The translations under genes and the position numbers were made by a program. A stretch of 64,000 nt of DNA from Candidatus Dormiibacterota bacterium (GTDB lineage Bacteria; Chloroflexota; Dormibacteria; Aeolococcales; Aeolococcaceae), in assembly GCA_963718525.1 (NCBI GenBank), contig OY970355.1, positions 1,568,001 through 1,632,000 on the forward strand, read 5' to 3'. Positions 41,411 through 51,386 of the stretch are shown here, piece after piece. Within the stretch, counting starts at the first letter, position 1. Every line of letters begins with the position of its first letter. Under the pieces are notes generated by a model. The model made no database searches. It was not told where the DNA came from and was given only the letters and a program-made list of their open reading frames with translations.

Positions 41411-41844
41411 CGCGAGCCCTCCGCTGTTGGTGGAACGAAGCCGATGCGGCGGCGGGTTGGCTCCGCCTGGTTCATCGCGAGGAATGCGCCGAACTGCGCC
41501 ACGGTTCGGAGTGAGGCGGCGTCCAATCCCGACGCCACAACACGAAGCTGGCGCCGAGGGTCTGCCGGCCACGCGGGCTCCTCCTGAGGACCGCCTTCGA
41601 GGCGTCGCCCGAGGTCGGTGTAGAGCGCCGCGATCGGCACCGAGAGCGCATAGGTGATCGCGACCAGCAGATCGGCGGAGACATCCTTGAGCCCACGCTC
41701 GACCTCGGACAGGTACGCGGGCGAGCAGCCGGCCTCGCTCGCGAGCTCGCCGAGACGCCGTCCTTGAGCCTCGCGGTGCCCGCGAAGGATGCCGCCCAGC
41801 TCGCGGCGGATCTCGTCGGCGGTTACGCTCAGAGCAGAACTCAC
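41407..41844 (-). CDS. ClgR/PopR-like XRE transcriptional regulator with C-terminal extension
   Basis: [27 protein letters not shown]; ATGA overlap with clpP. Confidence 0.85.
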   Translation of the reverse strand: MSSALSVTADEIRRELGGILRGHREAQGRRLGELASEAGCSPAYLSEVERGLKDVSADLLVAITYALSVPIAALYTDLGRRLEGGPQEEPAWPADPRRQLRVVASGLDAASLRTVAQFGAFLAMNQAEPTRRRIGFVPPTAEGSR

Positions 41845-41859
41845 AACGCTCAGAGCATA
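41825..41859. promoter_or_regulatory. Two ClgR-like operators overlapping the -10 box and start codon
   Basis: ACGCTCAGAGCA at 41825-41836 and 41846-41857; minus-strand TGnTATGCT extended -10 (hexamer 41854-41859). Confidence 0.6.
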
Positions 41860-41928
41860 TCACCGACGCAGAGGTCCGCCGCGACACCGGGGTGGCTCCA
41901 GCCGCTCGCGGCTATCCTTTGCCTCGTG

Positions 41929-42579
41929 ATGGCAACCCTGCTCTCTGTCAACACCGGCCGGCTGGCGGGCAGCAGGCACACCAACTCCGGGGTCACAGGG
42001 ATCGACAAACGGCCCTCGCCCGAGCCCGTCATGCTCCATGACCCCGGGCCGGGAACCGGCCGCAGCGGTGCAGCCGGCGACGCCATCGGTGATCCGCGAT
42101 CTCATGGCGGGACGGATCAGGCGGTGTATGCCTATGCACGAGAGGACCTCGACGTCTGGCAGGCGGACCTCGGACGTCCACTCGGCAACGGTGTGTTCGG
42201 TGAGAACCTGACCACCGCCGGGCTCGACGTCACCGGAGCCCTGGTCGGTGAGCGGTGGCAGGTCGGCCAAGTTTGCGTGCTCGAGGTCACCGCGCCACGC
42301 ATCCCGTGCCGCACCTTCGCCGGCTGGCTCGAGGAACGGCTGTGGGTCAAGCGCTTCACCCAGCGTGGCGTGCCCGGCGCCTACCTCCGAGTGATCACAC
42401 CGGGGTCGGTGAGCGCCGGCGACGCGATCACGGTGCTGCACCGGCCGCCGCACGAGGTGACCATCGGGTTGATGTTCCGAGCGATGACGACCGACAAGGC
42501 GCTGCTGCCTCAGCTCGCGGCGGCGGGCGACGCGCTCCACGAATCCGTTCGGCGTCTCGTCATCCCCAACGGGGGATAG
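41929..42579 (+). CDS. MOSC domain protein (YiiM-like)
   Basis: TGIDKRP, HGG.DQAVYAY, FGENLT, PRIPC.TF, GAYLRV. Confidence 0.92.
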   Translation: MATLLSVNTGRLAGSRHTNSGVTGIDKRPSPEPVMLHDPGPGTGRSGAAGDAIGDPRSHGGTDQAVYAYAREDLDVWQADLGRPLGNGVFGENLTTAGLDVTGALVGERWQVGQVCVLEVTAPRIPCRTFAGWLEERLWVKRFTQRGVPGAYLRVITPGSVSAGDAITVLHRPPHEVTIGLMFRAMTTDKALLPQLAAAGDALHESVRRLVIPNGG

Positions 42580-42675
42580 TTCGGCCCGCGCCCAGGGTCA
42601 TGCGCTCAGCGCCGCGTTGTTACTCGAGGTCCGAAAAACAGGCAGAAGTGGGGATACGATTCGGGTCGCCCCTTC

Positions 42676-43686
42676 ATGCTCAGACTGCCCCCATACGCCC
42701 GACTCGGTCTGGTCGCCCTGGTGGCCGCCGTCGCATTCGGCACGCTGGCGACAGCGTCGCATCTGCCCATCGCCACAGCCGGCGTCGCGGCGGCTGCTCG
42801 ACCAGCTGCCCAGACACCCGCGGCCCCGTGGTTCGACATGCGCATCGCGAGCGCTGGGATCAACTTCTGGGCGCCTGCGAGCACGCCCGCGGGCACACCG
42901 CCGGTCAAGGGGCGCGCTGGAATCCTGGTCGACATGGACACGGGCGAGATCCTCTGGGAGAAGCAGCCGACCCTCGAGCTGGCACCCGCGAGCCTGACCA
43001 AAGTGCTGACCGCGCTCGTTGCTCTCGAGAACCTCAGTCCCGACCAGCGGGTGACCGTCACCGCCGCCGCGCTTGGTCAGTCGTCAGCGGACACGCTGAT
43101 GCACATCAGGGCGGGGGAGACGCTGACTGTTGAAGAGCTGCTCGACGGCATGCTGCTTGCGAGCGGTGACGACGCCGCGAGCGCGATCGCGGTGGACACG
43201 GTCGGAATGTCGCGCTTCGTTGCCGCGATGAATGCGCAGGTCGCTGCGCTCGGCCTCGACCACTCGCACTTCACCGCCACCGCCGGGCTCGACGATCCGG
43301 GGCTCTACGCGTCCGCTTACGACCTTGCGGTCATCGCGGAGTACACCTACGAGCAGTTCCCCCTGTTCGACCAGATCGTCGGCAGCCGGACGATCAACTT
43401 GCCCGCCAGCATCGACCACCCGGCGTTTCACCTGCACAACCTCAACTCCCTGCTGCAGGCCTACCCGGCGTCGGTCGGCATCAAGCCCGGCTGGACCGGC
43501 GATGCCGGCGCCTGCCTCATCGGCATGGCAGTCCGCAACGGCCACCACCTGCTTGCTGTGCTTCTGAGCGCCAACTACCCGGCGCGCATCGCAGGCCGGC
43601 TCTTCGACTGGGGGTTCCAGCTCGACGGTCTGGCTCCCTTGCTGCCACCGACCCCGGCTCCGAAGGCAGTGATCAAAGCTACTTGA
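42676..43686 (+). CDS. D-alanyl-D-alanine carboxypeptidase family S11
   Basis: PASLTK, SGDDAA, ASAYDL, GIKPGWTGDAG; signal peptide. Confidence 0.88.
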   Translation: MLRLPPYARLGLVALVAAVAFGTLATASHLPIATAGVAAAARPAAQTPAAPWFDMRIASAGINFWAPASTPAGTPPVKGRAGILVDMDTGEILWEKQPTLELAPASLTKVLTALVALENLSPDQRVTVTAAALGQSSADTLMHIRAGETLTVEELLDGMLLASGDDAASAIAVDTVGMSRFVAAMNAQVAALGLDHSHFTATAGLDDPGLYASAYDLAVIAEYTYEQFPLFDQIVGSRTINLPASIDHPAFHLHNLNSLLQAYPASVGIKPGWTGDAGACLIGMAVRNGHHLLAVLLSANYPARIAGRLFDWGFQLDGLAPLLPPTPAPKAVIKAT

Positions 43687-45820
43687 CGACGGCGAAGCCC
43701 GCGGCCATGGTGCCATCCCAAGGCGCCGAGGCGATCAGGCGCAGGTTGGGAAGGCGGGCGATGCAGCTCACGTTCCATGGAAACAGGGGCGAGGCGTCCC
43801 GCAGCGATCCGACGAATACCGCGTCTGCGCGGGTGACGGCTGCCTCCGCGGCTGCGGGATCGGTGCACGCATTCGCGAGCGCGGCCTCATAGGGGACGTC
43901 CAGCGCACCGAACGAATAGCCGTCGGGAACGAGGGGGGTGAGGTCGGTCAAGCCTGCCATCCACATGCCCGCATCATTGCCGCCATTGGTCAGGACGAGC
44001 GTCCCCTTGGGGAGTGTTTTGGACATGGATGACAGCACGCTCAGATCGGCCGGCGTCACCAGCGAACGTGTTGCCACCTCGTGCTTGTAAACGCCGACCT
44101 CGGTGGTCGCGCCAACCACGACCGCGACCAGCGCAATCATCCCCAGGACAGCGCCGGTGCCGTCAAGCTTCTGCGCCACGCCGCCGAACTTCGCTCGAAT
44201 GGTGGCAGGAACGGTGACGCGACCCAACGCGCCCATCCACGCGACAACCAGCAGAATCGCGGTGACTCCCACCGCCGGAACCCACTGGCGAAAGTTGGCC
44301 ATCTGATTGAACACTCCCAGCGGGTAGAGGACGACAGAGTTCGGCTCCCAGAAGTTGGTCCAGCCGGTTTCGAGCGGACGGCGGATGACGTAGACCAGCG
44401 CGGCGATCACCACTGCGCCGATCGAAACGCCGACCCAGATGCGGCGTGTCCGCGACAGCGACCGCACCACGTCGGCGAGTGCGAACAACCCAAATGCAAG
44501 CACCAGCGGTATGAGCCAGTACTGCACACCAAGAACCCGGTCCGTGTCACCCCAGGGATAGATCGCAACCCAGAGGCGATGCAGGTAGTGCAGGTAGAGG
44601 TCGTCGGCCATGATGAGAAAGAGCAGCACCTGTGCGACGAGCACCCAGAGCATCCTCCGACGGATGAGCATCGCGACAACCCCGACGCCATACAGCGCGA
44701 GAAACACAGGCCCGAGGAGGTCGGTTTGTGCGATGAGCACCAGGATGTGATGGGGCTTCAGCGGCGAATGGGCGGTCGCAACGACGTACTGCGCCGGCTG
44801 GGTGTGCGTAGCGGGTGGGAGCTTGGGAATCCGCGTCAGGACGGTCACGACCACGGCCCCCGCAAGCGCGGCGCCGAGTGCGATCGCGAGCCGGATGAAA
44901 CCCGTCCGTTGCGAACCTCGAACCGCGTGGACCACAGCTATCGCAAGCAACCCGCATGCGACCACCAGAGCGGTGACCACCTCCAGCCCATGGATCACCC
45001 AGATTGACGTCGTGATCGCTCCAAGCAGGAGCGCGTTCTCCGTGGTACTTCGCCCGCGTATGACGCGCAGTGCCGCGACGATGAACGGAACGATGAGAGT
45101 CGAGTCGACGATCTCGGGAAAGCGTCCGATGATCGCCTGACCCGAGGGGAAGATCAGTCCGAGCGCGAAGAACGGAACGATCGCTGCGAGCGCCACCAAC
45201 TCGGTGGCCTCCAGCGTGAGCAGGGTGAGCGACAGTGGGAGGACGACGAGGGTCGCGGTGACGATCGGCGCCATGGCACCGGCGGGCGACGGCGACCCGA
45301 GCCACGAGACAACCGCCGCCGTCGCCTCGAAGCCGGGCCGCGCTCGCACGTAATCGGACCCTTCGAGTGGGATCGGAAACAGCGGCAGCACATCATGCGT
45401 TCGCACGATGCTGTTGACGACAGCCGCGTGGGTCGGGGTATCCCAGTCGGGCGGCAGGACCTGTCCGTGCAACGCCCAGGCGAAGGTCGCGGCACCAATC
45501 ACACCGACGGCGAGCGCTGGGATGGGGAGCCACCACGGGTGGGCCGGCGCGGCCTGTGGTTCGGTGCGCCGCCAGCGCCACAGAGCGGCGATGCCGAGCA
45601 CCAGCAACGCCGGCAGGACGCTGATGGCCTCGAAGGGGATGTGCACGTCGTGCAACACCAATCCGTACACGCCGATGACGCCCGCGGACAGTCCCGGGGC
45701 CATGAGCAGTCGCTGCCATGCCCGCCATGTCGGAGCAAGCAGCGTGACGAGCGCGAAGCCGGGGAGGAAAGCAACGGCCACCACCCCTGGCAGGGTTTGC
45801 GCGAAGTCCTGGAACGGCAA
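43679..45820 (-). CDS. Large polytopic membrane protein, probable GT-C glycosyltransferase/polymerase
   Basis: FLPG, WDTPTH loop, IHG, YPWGDTDR, NDAGMW; more than 12 TM segments. Confidence 0.7.
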   Translation of the reverse strand: MPFQDFAQTLPGVVAVAFLPGFALVTLLAPTWRAWQRLLMAPGLSAGVIGVYGLVLHDVHIPFEAISVLPALLVLGIAALWRWRRTEPQAAPAHPWWLPIPALAVGVIGAATFAWALHGQVLPPDWDTPTHAAVVNSIVRTHDVLPLFPIPLEGSDYVRARPGFEATAAVVSWLGSPSPAGAMAPIVTATLVVLPLSLTLLTLEATELVALAAIVPFFALGLIFPSGQAIIGRFPEIVDSTLIVPFIVAALRVIRGRSTTENALLLGAITTSIWVIHGLEVVTALVVACGLLAIAVVHAVRGSQRTGFIRLAIALGAALAGAVVVTVLTRIPKLPPATHTQPAQYVVATAHSPLKPHHILVLIAQTDLLGPVFLALYGVGVVAMLIRRRMLWVLVAQVLLFLIMADDLYLHYLHRLWVAIYPWGDTDRVLGVQYWLIPLVLAFGLFALADVVRSLSRTRRIWVGVSIGAVVIAALVYVIRRPLETGWTNFWEPNSVVLYPLGVFNQMANFRQWVPAVGVTAILLVVAWMGALGRVTVPATIRAKFGGVAQKLDGTGAVLGMIALVAVVVGATTEVGVYKHEVATRSLVTPADLSVLSSMSKTLPKGTLVLTNGGNDAGMWMAGLTDLTPLVPDGYSFGALDVPYEAALANACTDPAAAEAAVTRADAVFVGSLRDASPLFPWNVSCIARLPNLRLIASAPWDGTMAAGFAVVK

Positions 45821-45832
45821 GCTTGATCGAGC

Positions 45833-47209
45833 TCAGCGGCCCTTGAGCGTGGCCACTGCAAAGACCGTGCGCGCCATGATGAGAAGGTCGAGAGCAACCG
45901 ACTGTCGCTTGATGTAGTAAAGGTCGTACGAGAGCTTGATCGTGGATCCGCCAACATCGCCGGCATAGCCGTAGTTCACCTGCGCCCACCCTGTCAGGCC
46001 GGGACGCACCGACAGCCTCGTGTTGTAGTACGGGATGCTCTCGCGCAGCGTCTCGACGTACTGAGGTTGCTCGGGACGGGGACCCACCACGCTCATGTCG
46101 CCACGAAGGATGTTCCACGCCTGTGGCATCTCATCGAGATGCAGGCGGCGGAGCACCCCGCCGACCTTGGTGATGCGCGCATCATCTGCGGCGGTCCAGT
46201 GCAACTCCTCGCGAGTAGGAACGCGCATCGTTCGCAGTTTGACGATCTCGAAATGCCTGCCGAAATGGCCGACCCGGACCTGGCGGTGAAAGACCGGCCC
46301 GCGGTCCTCCATCGTGATCGCCAGCCAGACAAACGGCAGCAGGATCCCGAGCAGCACCAATCCGATCAGACCGGCGACGATGTCCACGACCCGCTTGAAA
46401 AGTGCGTACACGCGTGAGGTTTCCCCGCGCTGCTGCAACGAGAGCAGCCATGTCTGGCGGAGTCGCTCGACGAGGAGCCGACCCGTCAACTCCTCATACA
46501 CGTCCGCGACCGATCGCACCACCATTCCCCGGTCGTAGCACTCGACGAGCCCCTTGAAGAGGTCCGTGGGGAGGTCCTCCTCGGCTCCGAGCACGATCTG
46601 ATCCGCTGCGCGTCGCGCCGCCGCCGTGGCCAGCAGCGTGCCTGCGTCCGGGTCGGCCGGATGGATGGTCCCGACCACGCGGTACAGCCCGGCCATCTGC
46701 GCGTCGACATCCGCCCAGACACGATCGAGGATGTCTGCGTCGGCGACAAGGAGGATGCGCCCGGCAAAGATTGCTCGAGCGAACACGCGCCGGTAGAAGA
46801 GCCGCCAGCAGAGGATCGTGAGGGCGGCGACCGGAACCCAGATCAGGATCGTCGGGCGGGTCACCCCATAGGGCACTGCGAAGAACACCGCGAGCAGAGC
46901 AATCGTCTCGAGCGTCACGGTGGTTGCGACGACCCGGAAGATGCCGCGTACGCTGACGGCCGCGTGCAGATCGTAGGCATCGACCATCAGGGCGGCTGCG
47001 AGCCAGATCCCCGTGACGGTCCCGACCCCGGCCCAGGGAATGGTCAGGGCGGCGTGCTGGATCGGCCCCGAGTGGAGGTTGAAGGCGAGAATCAGCGACG
47101 CCGCGACCAAAATGGAGTCGCCCGCTGCAAGGAGCAACTTCCGTTCAGAAGCGAGGATTCCCCGCCGGCCGGCCGCAACTGTGGCGCCCGGAACGTCCTG
47201 GGCGATCAT
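45833..47209 (-). CDS. Polyprenyl-phosphate priming sugar transferase (WcaJ/WbaP family)
   Basis: KRVVDI, KLRTM, LDEMPQ.WNILRGDMSVVGPRPE, RPGLTGWAQV, DLYYI. Confidence 0.93.
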   Translation of the reverse strand: MIAQDVPGATVAAGRRGILASERKLLLAAGDSILVAASLILAFNLHSGPIQHAALTIPWAGVGTVTGIWLAAALMVDAYDLHAAVSVRGIFRVVATTVTLETIALLAVFFAVPYGVTRPTILIWVPVAALTILCWRLFYRRVFARAIFAGRILLVADADILDRVWADVDAQMAGLYRVVGTIHPADPDAGTLLATAAARRAADQIVLGAEEDLPTDLFKGLVECYDRGMVVRSVADVYEELTGRLLVERLRQTWLLSLQQRGETSRVYALFKRVVDIVAGLIGLVLLGILLPFVWLAITMEDRGPVFHRQVRVGHFGRHFEIVKLRTMRVPTREELHWTAADDARITKVGGVLRRLHLDEMPQAWNILRGDMSVVGPRPEQPQYVETLRESIPYYNTRLSVRPGLTGWAQVNYGYAGDVGGSTIKLSYDLYYIKRQSVALDLLIMARTVFAVATLKGR

Positions 47210-47278
47210 CGAAGCTAGCCTACACGCTGAAGCTCCGCTCAACACCGGCGGACGAGACGGTACCGTGCCGGAGACACG

Positions 47279-48340
47279 ATGACTCCCACGAGTGCGCCGC
47301 CCGTGCCCGACGCCCCCTTCGTGAGCGTGGTCCTCCCGGTTCTCAACGAGGAGCGCTTCATCGAGGCGTGTCTGACCTCGGTGCTCACCCAGGACTATCC
47401 GCCCGATCGGTACGAGGTGATCGTCGCGGATGGTGGTTCGACTGATCGAACTCGAGAGATCGTTGCCGCCATCGCTGCACGAGACGCTCGGGTGCGCCTC
47501 ATCGACAATCCGGGCCGGATGCAAGCCGCGGGGTTGAACCGAGCCATCGCAGCGAGCAGCGGCGACATCATCGCGCGTCAGGACGGTCACGCCGAATGGG
47601 CCTCTGATCACCTGCGCCGATCGGTGGCACTGCTGCTCGCGACCGGCGCCGACAACGTGGGCGGGCGCCAGGAAGCGATCGGCGACGGGGCGTCCGAACG
47701 TGCAATCGCACACGCGATGGGCTCGCCATTCGGCGTCGGCGGCGCTCGCTTCCGGTACTCGGAGGAGGAGGAGGAGATGCCGACCGTCTTCCTCGGCACG
47801 TTCCGCCGCAGTGCCTTCGAGCGAGTCGGTCTCTTTGACGAGGCGTACCCGCCGCACGAGGATTACGAGCTCAACGAACGCATCCGGTCGACGGGTGGTC
47901 GGATCATCTTCAGCCCGGAGATCCGAACTCGGTACCACGTACGCAGCGGGCTCACGGCCCTGGGCCGCCAGTACTACCGGTACGGGCGCGGCAAGGTGCG
48001 GGTGGCTCGCGCAAGCCCGGGCGTCATCCGTCCGTATCACCTGGCGGCACCGGCGCTGGTCCTGGCGATCCCGGTCATGGCCGCAATGGCGGTGACCGGT
48101 CAGGGTCGCCGTCTCGCCATCACGGGGGTCGGGGTCTACGCCACCGCCTGTGTGATCGCCGGCCAGCTGGCGGCTCGAACCGAGCCCCTCGGAGTACGCG
48201 CACGCACGTCCGCTGCCTTCGCGGTGATGCACGTCGGATGGGGATCGGGGTTCTGGGCGGGCGTCCTGGAGGGTGCCGCCGGCATTGCAACCGGTGGAGG
48301 CGCGCCGCCGAGCCTCGGCAGTCGCTCGGAAACGGCATAG
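47279..48340 (+). CDS. GT2 glycosyltransferase (ExoA-like)
   Basis: VSVVLPVLNEE, DGGSTD, QDGH, EDYELN.R, QYYRYG. Confidence 0.92.
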   Translation: MTPTSAPPVPDAPFVSVVLPVLNEERFIEACLTSVLTQDYPPDRYEVIVADGGSTDRTREIVAAIAARDARVRLIDNPGRMQAAGLNRAIAASSGDIIARQDGHAEWASDHLRRSVALLLATGADNVGGRQEAIGDGASERAIAHAMGSPFGVGGARFRYSEEEEEMPTVFLGTFRRSAFERVGLFDEAYPPHEDYELNERIRSTGGRIIFSPEIRTRYHVRSGLTALGRQYYRYGRGKVRVARASPGVIRPYHLAAPALVLAIPVMAAMAVTGQGRRLAITGVGVYATACVIAGQLAARTEPLGVRARTSAAFAVMHVGWGSGFWAGVLEGAAGIATGGGAPPSLGSRSETA

Positions 48341-48372
48341 GCCGGCGCCGCGACCCCGTATTGTTGGAGGCG

Positions 48373-49770
48373 ATGGCACCCAGCACCACGGCGTGGACGA
48401 CGGATCGACCAAACCCGCTCTGCATGGTGGGTGCCGGCTACGTCGGTCTCGTCACCGCCGCATGCCTGGCCGACGCCGGCGTCGACGTCAGGCTGCTGGA
48501 TATCGATGCCGCCCGGCTCGACATGCTCCGGAAGGGGAGGGCACCGATCCACGAGCCGATGCTCGACGAACTCCTCATGGAGGTCCTCGGAAACGGCAGG
48601 TTGGAGCTCCATCAGGATGCCGCGGTTGCCATGGACGGGGCTCAGATCATCATGCTCGCGGTCGGAACCCCGCCCCTGAGTGACGGCCGCGCGGACCTGA
48701 CCCAGGTGCGCGCGGCGTTGAGTCAGGCGGTGCAGCACGCCGGCCCCGAGACGGTGATCGTGATCAAGAGCACGGTCCCGCCGGGCACCACGGCCTCGCT
48801 CCGAGCCCTCTGCCGCCGCAATGGGCGGAGCGTGCCCCTGGCGGTGTGCCCTGAGTTCCTCGCCGAGGGCAGCGCAGTGCGCGACTTCCGCCAGCCTCCG
48901 CAGGTGGTGATCGGTGGTGACGATCACGACGCCTGCGAGCGCGTGGCGCGGCTCTTCGGCCATCTTGATGCCCCCATCCGGATCACCGACTCGACGAGCG
49001 CCGAGCTCATCAAATACGGGGTCAACGCATTCCTCGCTTTGAAGATCTCGTTCATCAACGAGATGGCGCAGCTCTGCGAGTTCACCGGCGCCGACGTCAG
49101 CTCGGTGGCGGACGGGATCGGCACCGACGAGCGCATCGGGCGTGCCTTCCTGGGCGCCGGCCTCGGTTTTGGGGGCTCGTGCTTCCCCAAGGACGTCCGC
49201 GCCCTCGACCAGGCGGCAAGCTATCACGGGCAGAACTTCCAGCTGCTCCGCGCCGCGGTCGAGGTCAATCAGCAGGCGCGAAGCCGCTTCGTGGCCAAGA
49301 TCCAGCGCGCGCTCAACGGCAAGCTCGCCAAACGCCGGATCGCAGTGCTCGGGCTGTCCTTCAAGCCCGGAACGGACGACGTCCGCCAGGCCGCCTCGAT
49401 CGACGTCATCCGCCATCTCGAGGACCTCGGCGCGTCGGTGGTGGCGAGCGACCCGGTGGCCATGGACAACGCGCGGCCGCTGCTCCCGCGTACCGAGCTG
49501 GTCGATGACCTCTATGCCTGCGTCACCGGGGCAGACGCGGTGGTTGTGGTGACCGAGTGGCCGGAGTACGTCGGCCTTGACTGGGGCCGGGCGGCATCCC
49601 TCGTGCGGCGCCGGCTGGTCGTCGACGGCCGGAATTGCCTGCCTGTGGATCAGCTGGTCGACCTCGGCTTCACCTACATCGGCGTCGGCCGGCCAATCCG
49701 TAAGCCGCGGGCGGTCCGGACCTCGAAGCCGGGTGCGACGCCCGAGGCGGAGCTCGTCGCCGTTCCATGA
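48373..49770 (+). CDS. ugd: UDP-glucose 6-dehydrogenase
   Basis: [41 protein letters not shown]. Confidence 0.93.
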   Translation: MAPSTTAWTTDRPNPLCMVGAGYVGLVTAACLADAGVDVRLLDIDAARLDMLRKGRAPIHEPMLDELLMEVLGNGRLELHQDAAVAMDGAQIIMLAVGTPPLSDGRADLTQVRAALSQAVQHAGPETVIVIKSTVPPGTTASLRALCRRNGRSVPLAVCPEFLAEGSAVRDFRQPPQVVIGGDDHDACERVARLFGHLDAPIRITDSTSAELIKYGVNAFLALKISFINEMAQLCEFTGADVSSVADGIGTDERIGRAFLGAGLGFGGSCFPKDVRALDQAASYHGQNFQLLRAAVEVNQQARSRFVAKIQRALNGKLAKRRIAVLGLSFKPGTDDVRQAASIDVIRHLEDLGASVVASDPVAMDNARPLLPRTELVDDLYACVTGADAVVVVTEWPEYVGLDWGRAASLVRRRLVVDGRNCLPVDQLVDLGFTYIGVGRPIRKPRAVRTSKPGATPEAELVAVP

Positions 49771-50720
49771 CCTGGGCCCCATCGCGTGTCGTCGTGACCG
49801 GCGGCGCGGGATTCCTCGGGTCGCACCTCGTCGACCGGCTGCTCGCCGCCGGCGCAGAGGTGATCTGTGTCGACAACCTGATCACCGGGAGCAGGCGCAA
49901 CAACAGTCATCTCGTGGGAGATCCGCGCTTCTCGTTTCACGCCGAGGACGTCTCCGGCAGCTGGAGCGTCGACGGTCCGGTCGACGCGGTCCTCCATTTC
50001 GCCTCGCTTGCATCTCCCGTCGATTACCTGCGCCATCCCCTGGAAACGCTGGAGGTGGGCACGCTCGGGACGCTGAACGCGCTTCGCATCGCCCAGGACA
50101 AGGGAGCTCGGTTCCTGCTCGCATCCACCAGCGAGGTGTATGGCGACCCCCTCGTCCATCCCCAGCCCGAGACGTACTGGGGCAACGTCAACCCGGTGGG
50201 TCCGCGCAGCGTCTACGACGAGTCGAAGCGCGCTGCCGAAGCGTTTGCGATGGCATTCAGCCGTGCGCGCGGCGTCGAGGTACGCATCGCGCGCATCTTC
50301 AACACCTTTGGTCCACGAATGCGGGAGCAGGACGGTCGCGCCGTCCCGCAATTCGTGACGCAGGCGCTTGCGGGCACGCCGATCACGGTGTACGGCGATG
50401 GTTCGCAGACACGAAGCCTGTGTTACGTCGACGACCTGATGGAGGGGTTGATGCGCCTCCTCGGCTCGGACTACCCGATGCCGGTCAACCTGGGCAATCC
50501 CCACGAGGTCACCATGCTCGAGCTCGCCGAGCTGGTGCGGGAGATATGCTCGAGCAAGTCGGTCATCGAGCTGCAGCCCCTGCCTGTGGACGATCCCAAA
50601 CGACGCTGCCCCGACGTGACGGTGGCTCGGCGTGAGCTTGACTGGCAGGCGGCCGTCTCGCTCGACGACGGCCTGCGTCGCACGGTGTCGTGGTGGTGCG
50701 GCGAGCGCGTCCCCGACTGA
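49767..50720 (+). CDS. UDP-glucuronate decarboxylase (UDP-xylose synthase)
   Basis: [48 protein letters not shown]. Confidence 0.93.
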   Translation: MTWAPSRVVVTGGAGFLGSHLVDRLLAAGAEVICVDNLITGSRRNNSHLVGDPRFSFHAEDVSGSWSVDGPVDAVLHFASLASPVDYLRHPLETLEVGTLGTLNALRIAQDKGARFLLASTSEVYGDPLVHPQPETYWGNVNPVGPRSVYDESKRAAEAFAMAFSRARGVEVRIARIFNTFGPRMREQDGRAVPQFVTQALAGTPITVYGDGSQTRSLCYVDDLMEGLMRLLGSDYPMPVNLGNPHEVTMLELAELVREICSSKSVIELQPLPVDDPKRRCPDVTVARRELDWQAAVSLDDGLRRTVSWWCGERVPD

Positions 50721-50723
50721 AGG

Positions 50724-51386
50724 TCACGATGCTGCGGATGCCGCGTCGGGCGCAGGCTTCCGAGCGACGGTTACGGTGTCGAATGCGATGGTCAGGGGGT
50801 ATCCGATCGTCGCCTTGACCCGGTTGAGCGCACGCCCCCGCGGGCCTCGCCCGGCGTCATATGACTTGCCCGGGTACCACGCGCGCGGTCGTGGTTCAAG
50901 GCTGTCGAAGAGCGACAGCTCGACGACGAGCCCCACGTCCTCGCAGAGCGCGCGCATGCCATCCGGGTAGATGCGCCAGCAGTCGATCGGCGCCTCGTGG
51001 TACGGCCAGCTCACCGGGTTGACCGTCAACACCAGGCCGCCCGGCTTGCAAACGCGTGCCAGCTCGCGAACCCAGCGCCATGGCTTGCGGACGTGCTCGA
51101 TCACCTGTCCGGAGACGACGATGTCGAAGGTCGCGTCGGCCGCCTCGATCTCGTACTCGGACGTCATCCGGTAGGTCAGCTGGTTGCCGCTCCCGGTTCC
51201 CCACAGGCGTCCGCCGTGTGCGTCGACCTCGGTTGCCAGGTCGGCGGTCGACCAGGTCACCGGCACAGTGACCTCGCGTTGATACGTCGAGGGGTCGCCA
51301 TCCGGGCCAAGTTCGAGCACATGGCTGCCTGAGGTGAACAGTGGCAGCAGGTGCCGGCGGAATATGAGCACGCTGTTCAGGTGCAT
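50724..51386 (-). CDS. SAM-dependent methyltransferase
   Basis: VLELG, FDIVVSGQVIEH, KPGG, YHEAPIDCWR. Confidence 0.85.
   Translation of the reverse strand: MHLNSVLIFRRHLLPLFTSGSHVLELGPDGDPSTYQREVTVPVTWSTADLATEVDAHGGRLWGTGSGNQLTYRMTSEYEIEAADATFDIVVSGQVIEHVRKPWRWVRELARVCKPGGLVLTVNPVSWPYHEAPIDCWRIYPDGMRALCEDVGLVVELSLFDSLEPRPRAWYPGKSYDAGRGPRGRALNRVKATIGYPLTIAFDTVTVARKPAPDAASAAS

Noticed and set aside
45833-48412. 859-aa ORF for the priming transferase
   Set aside because: N-terminal 400 aa is antisense to the GT2 gene; start placed at 47209
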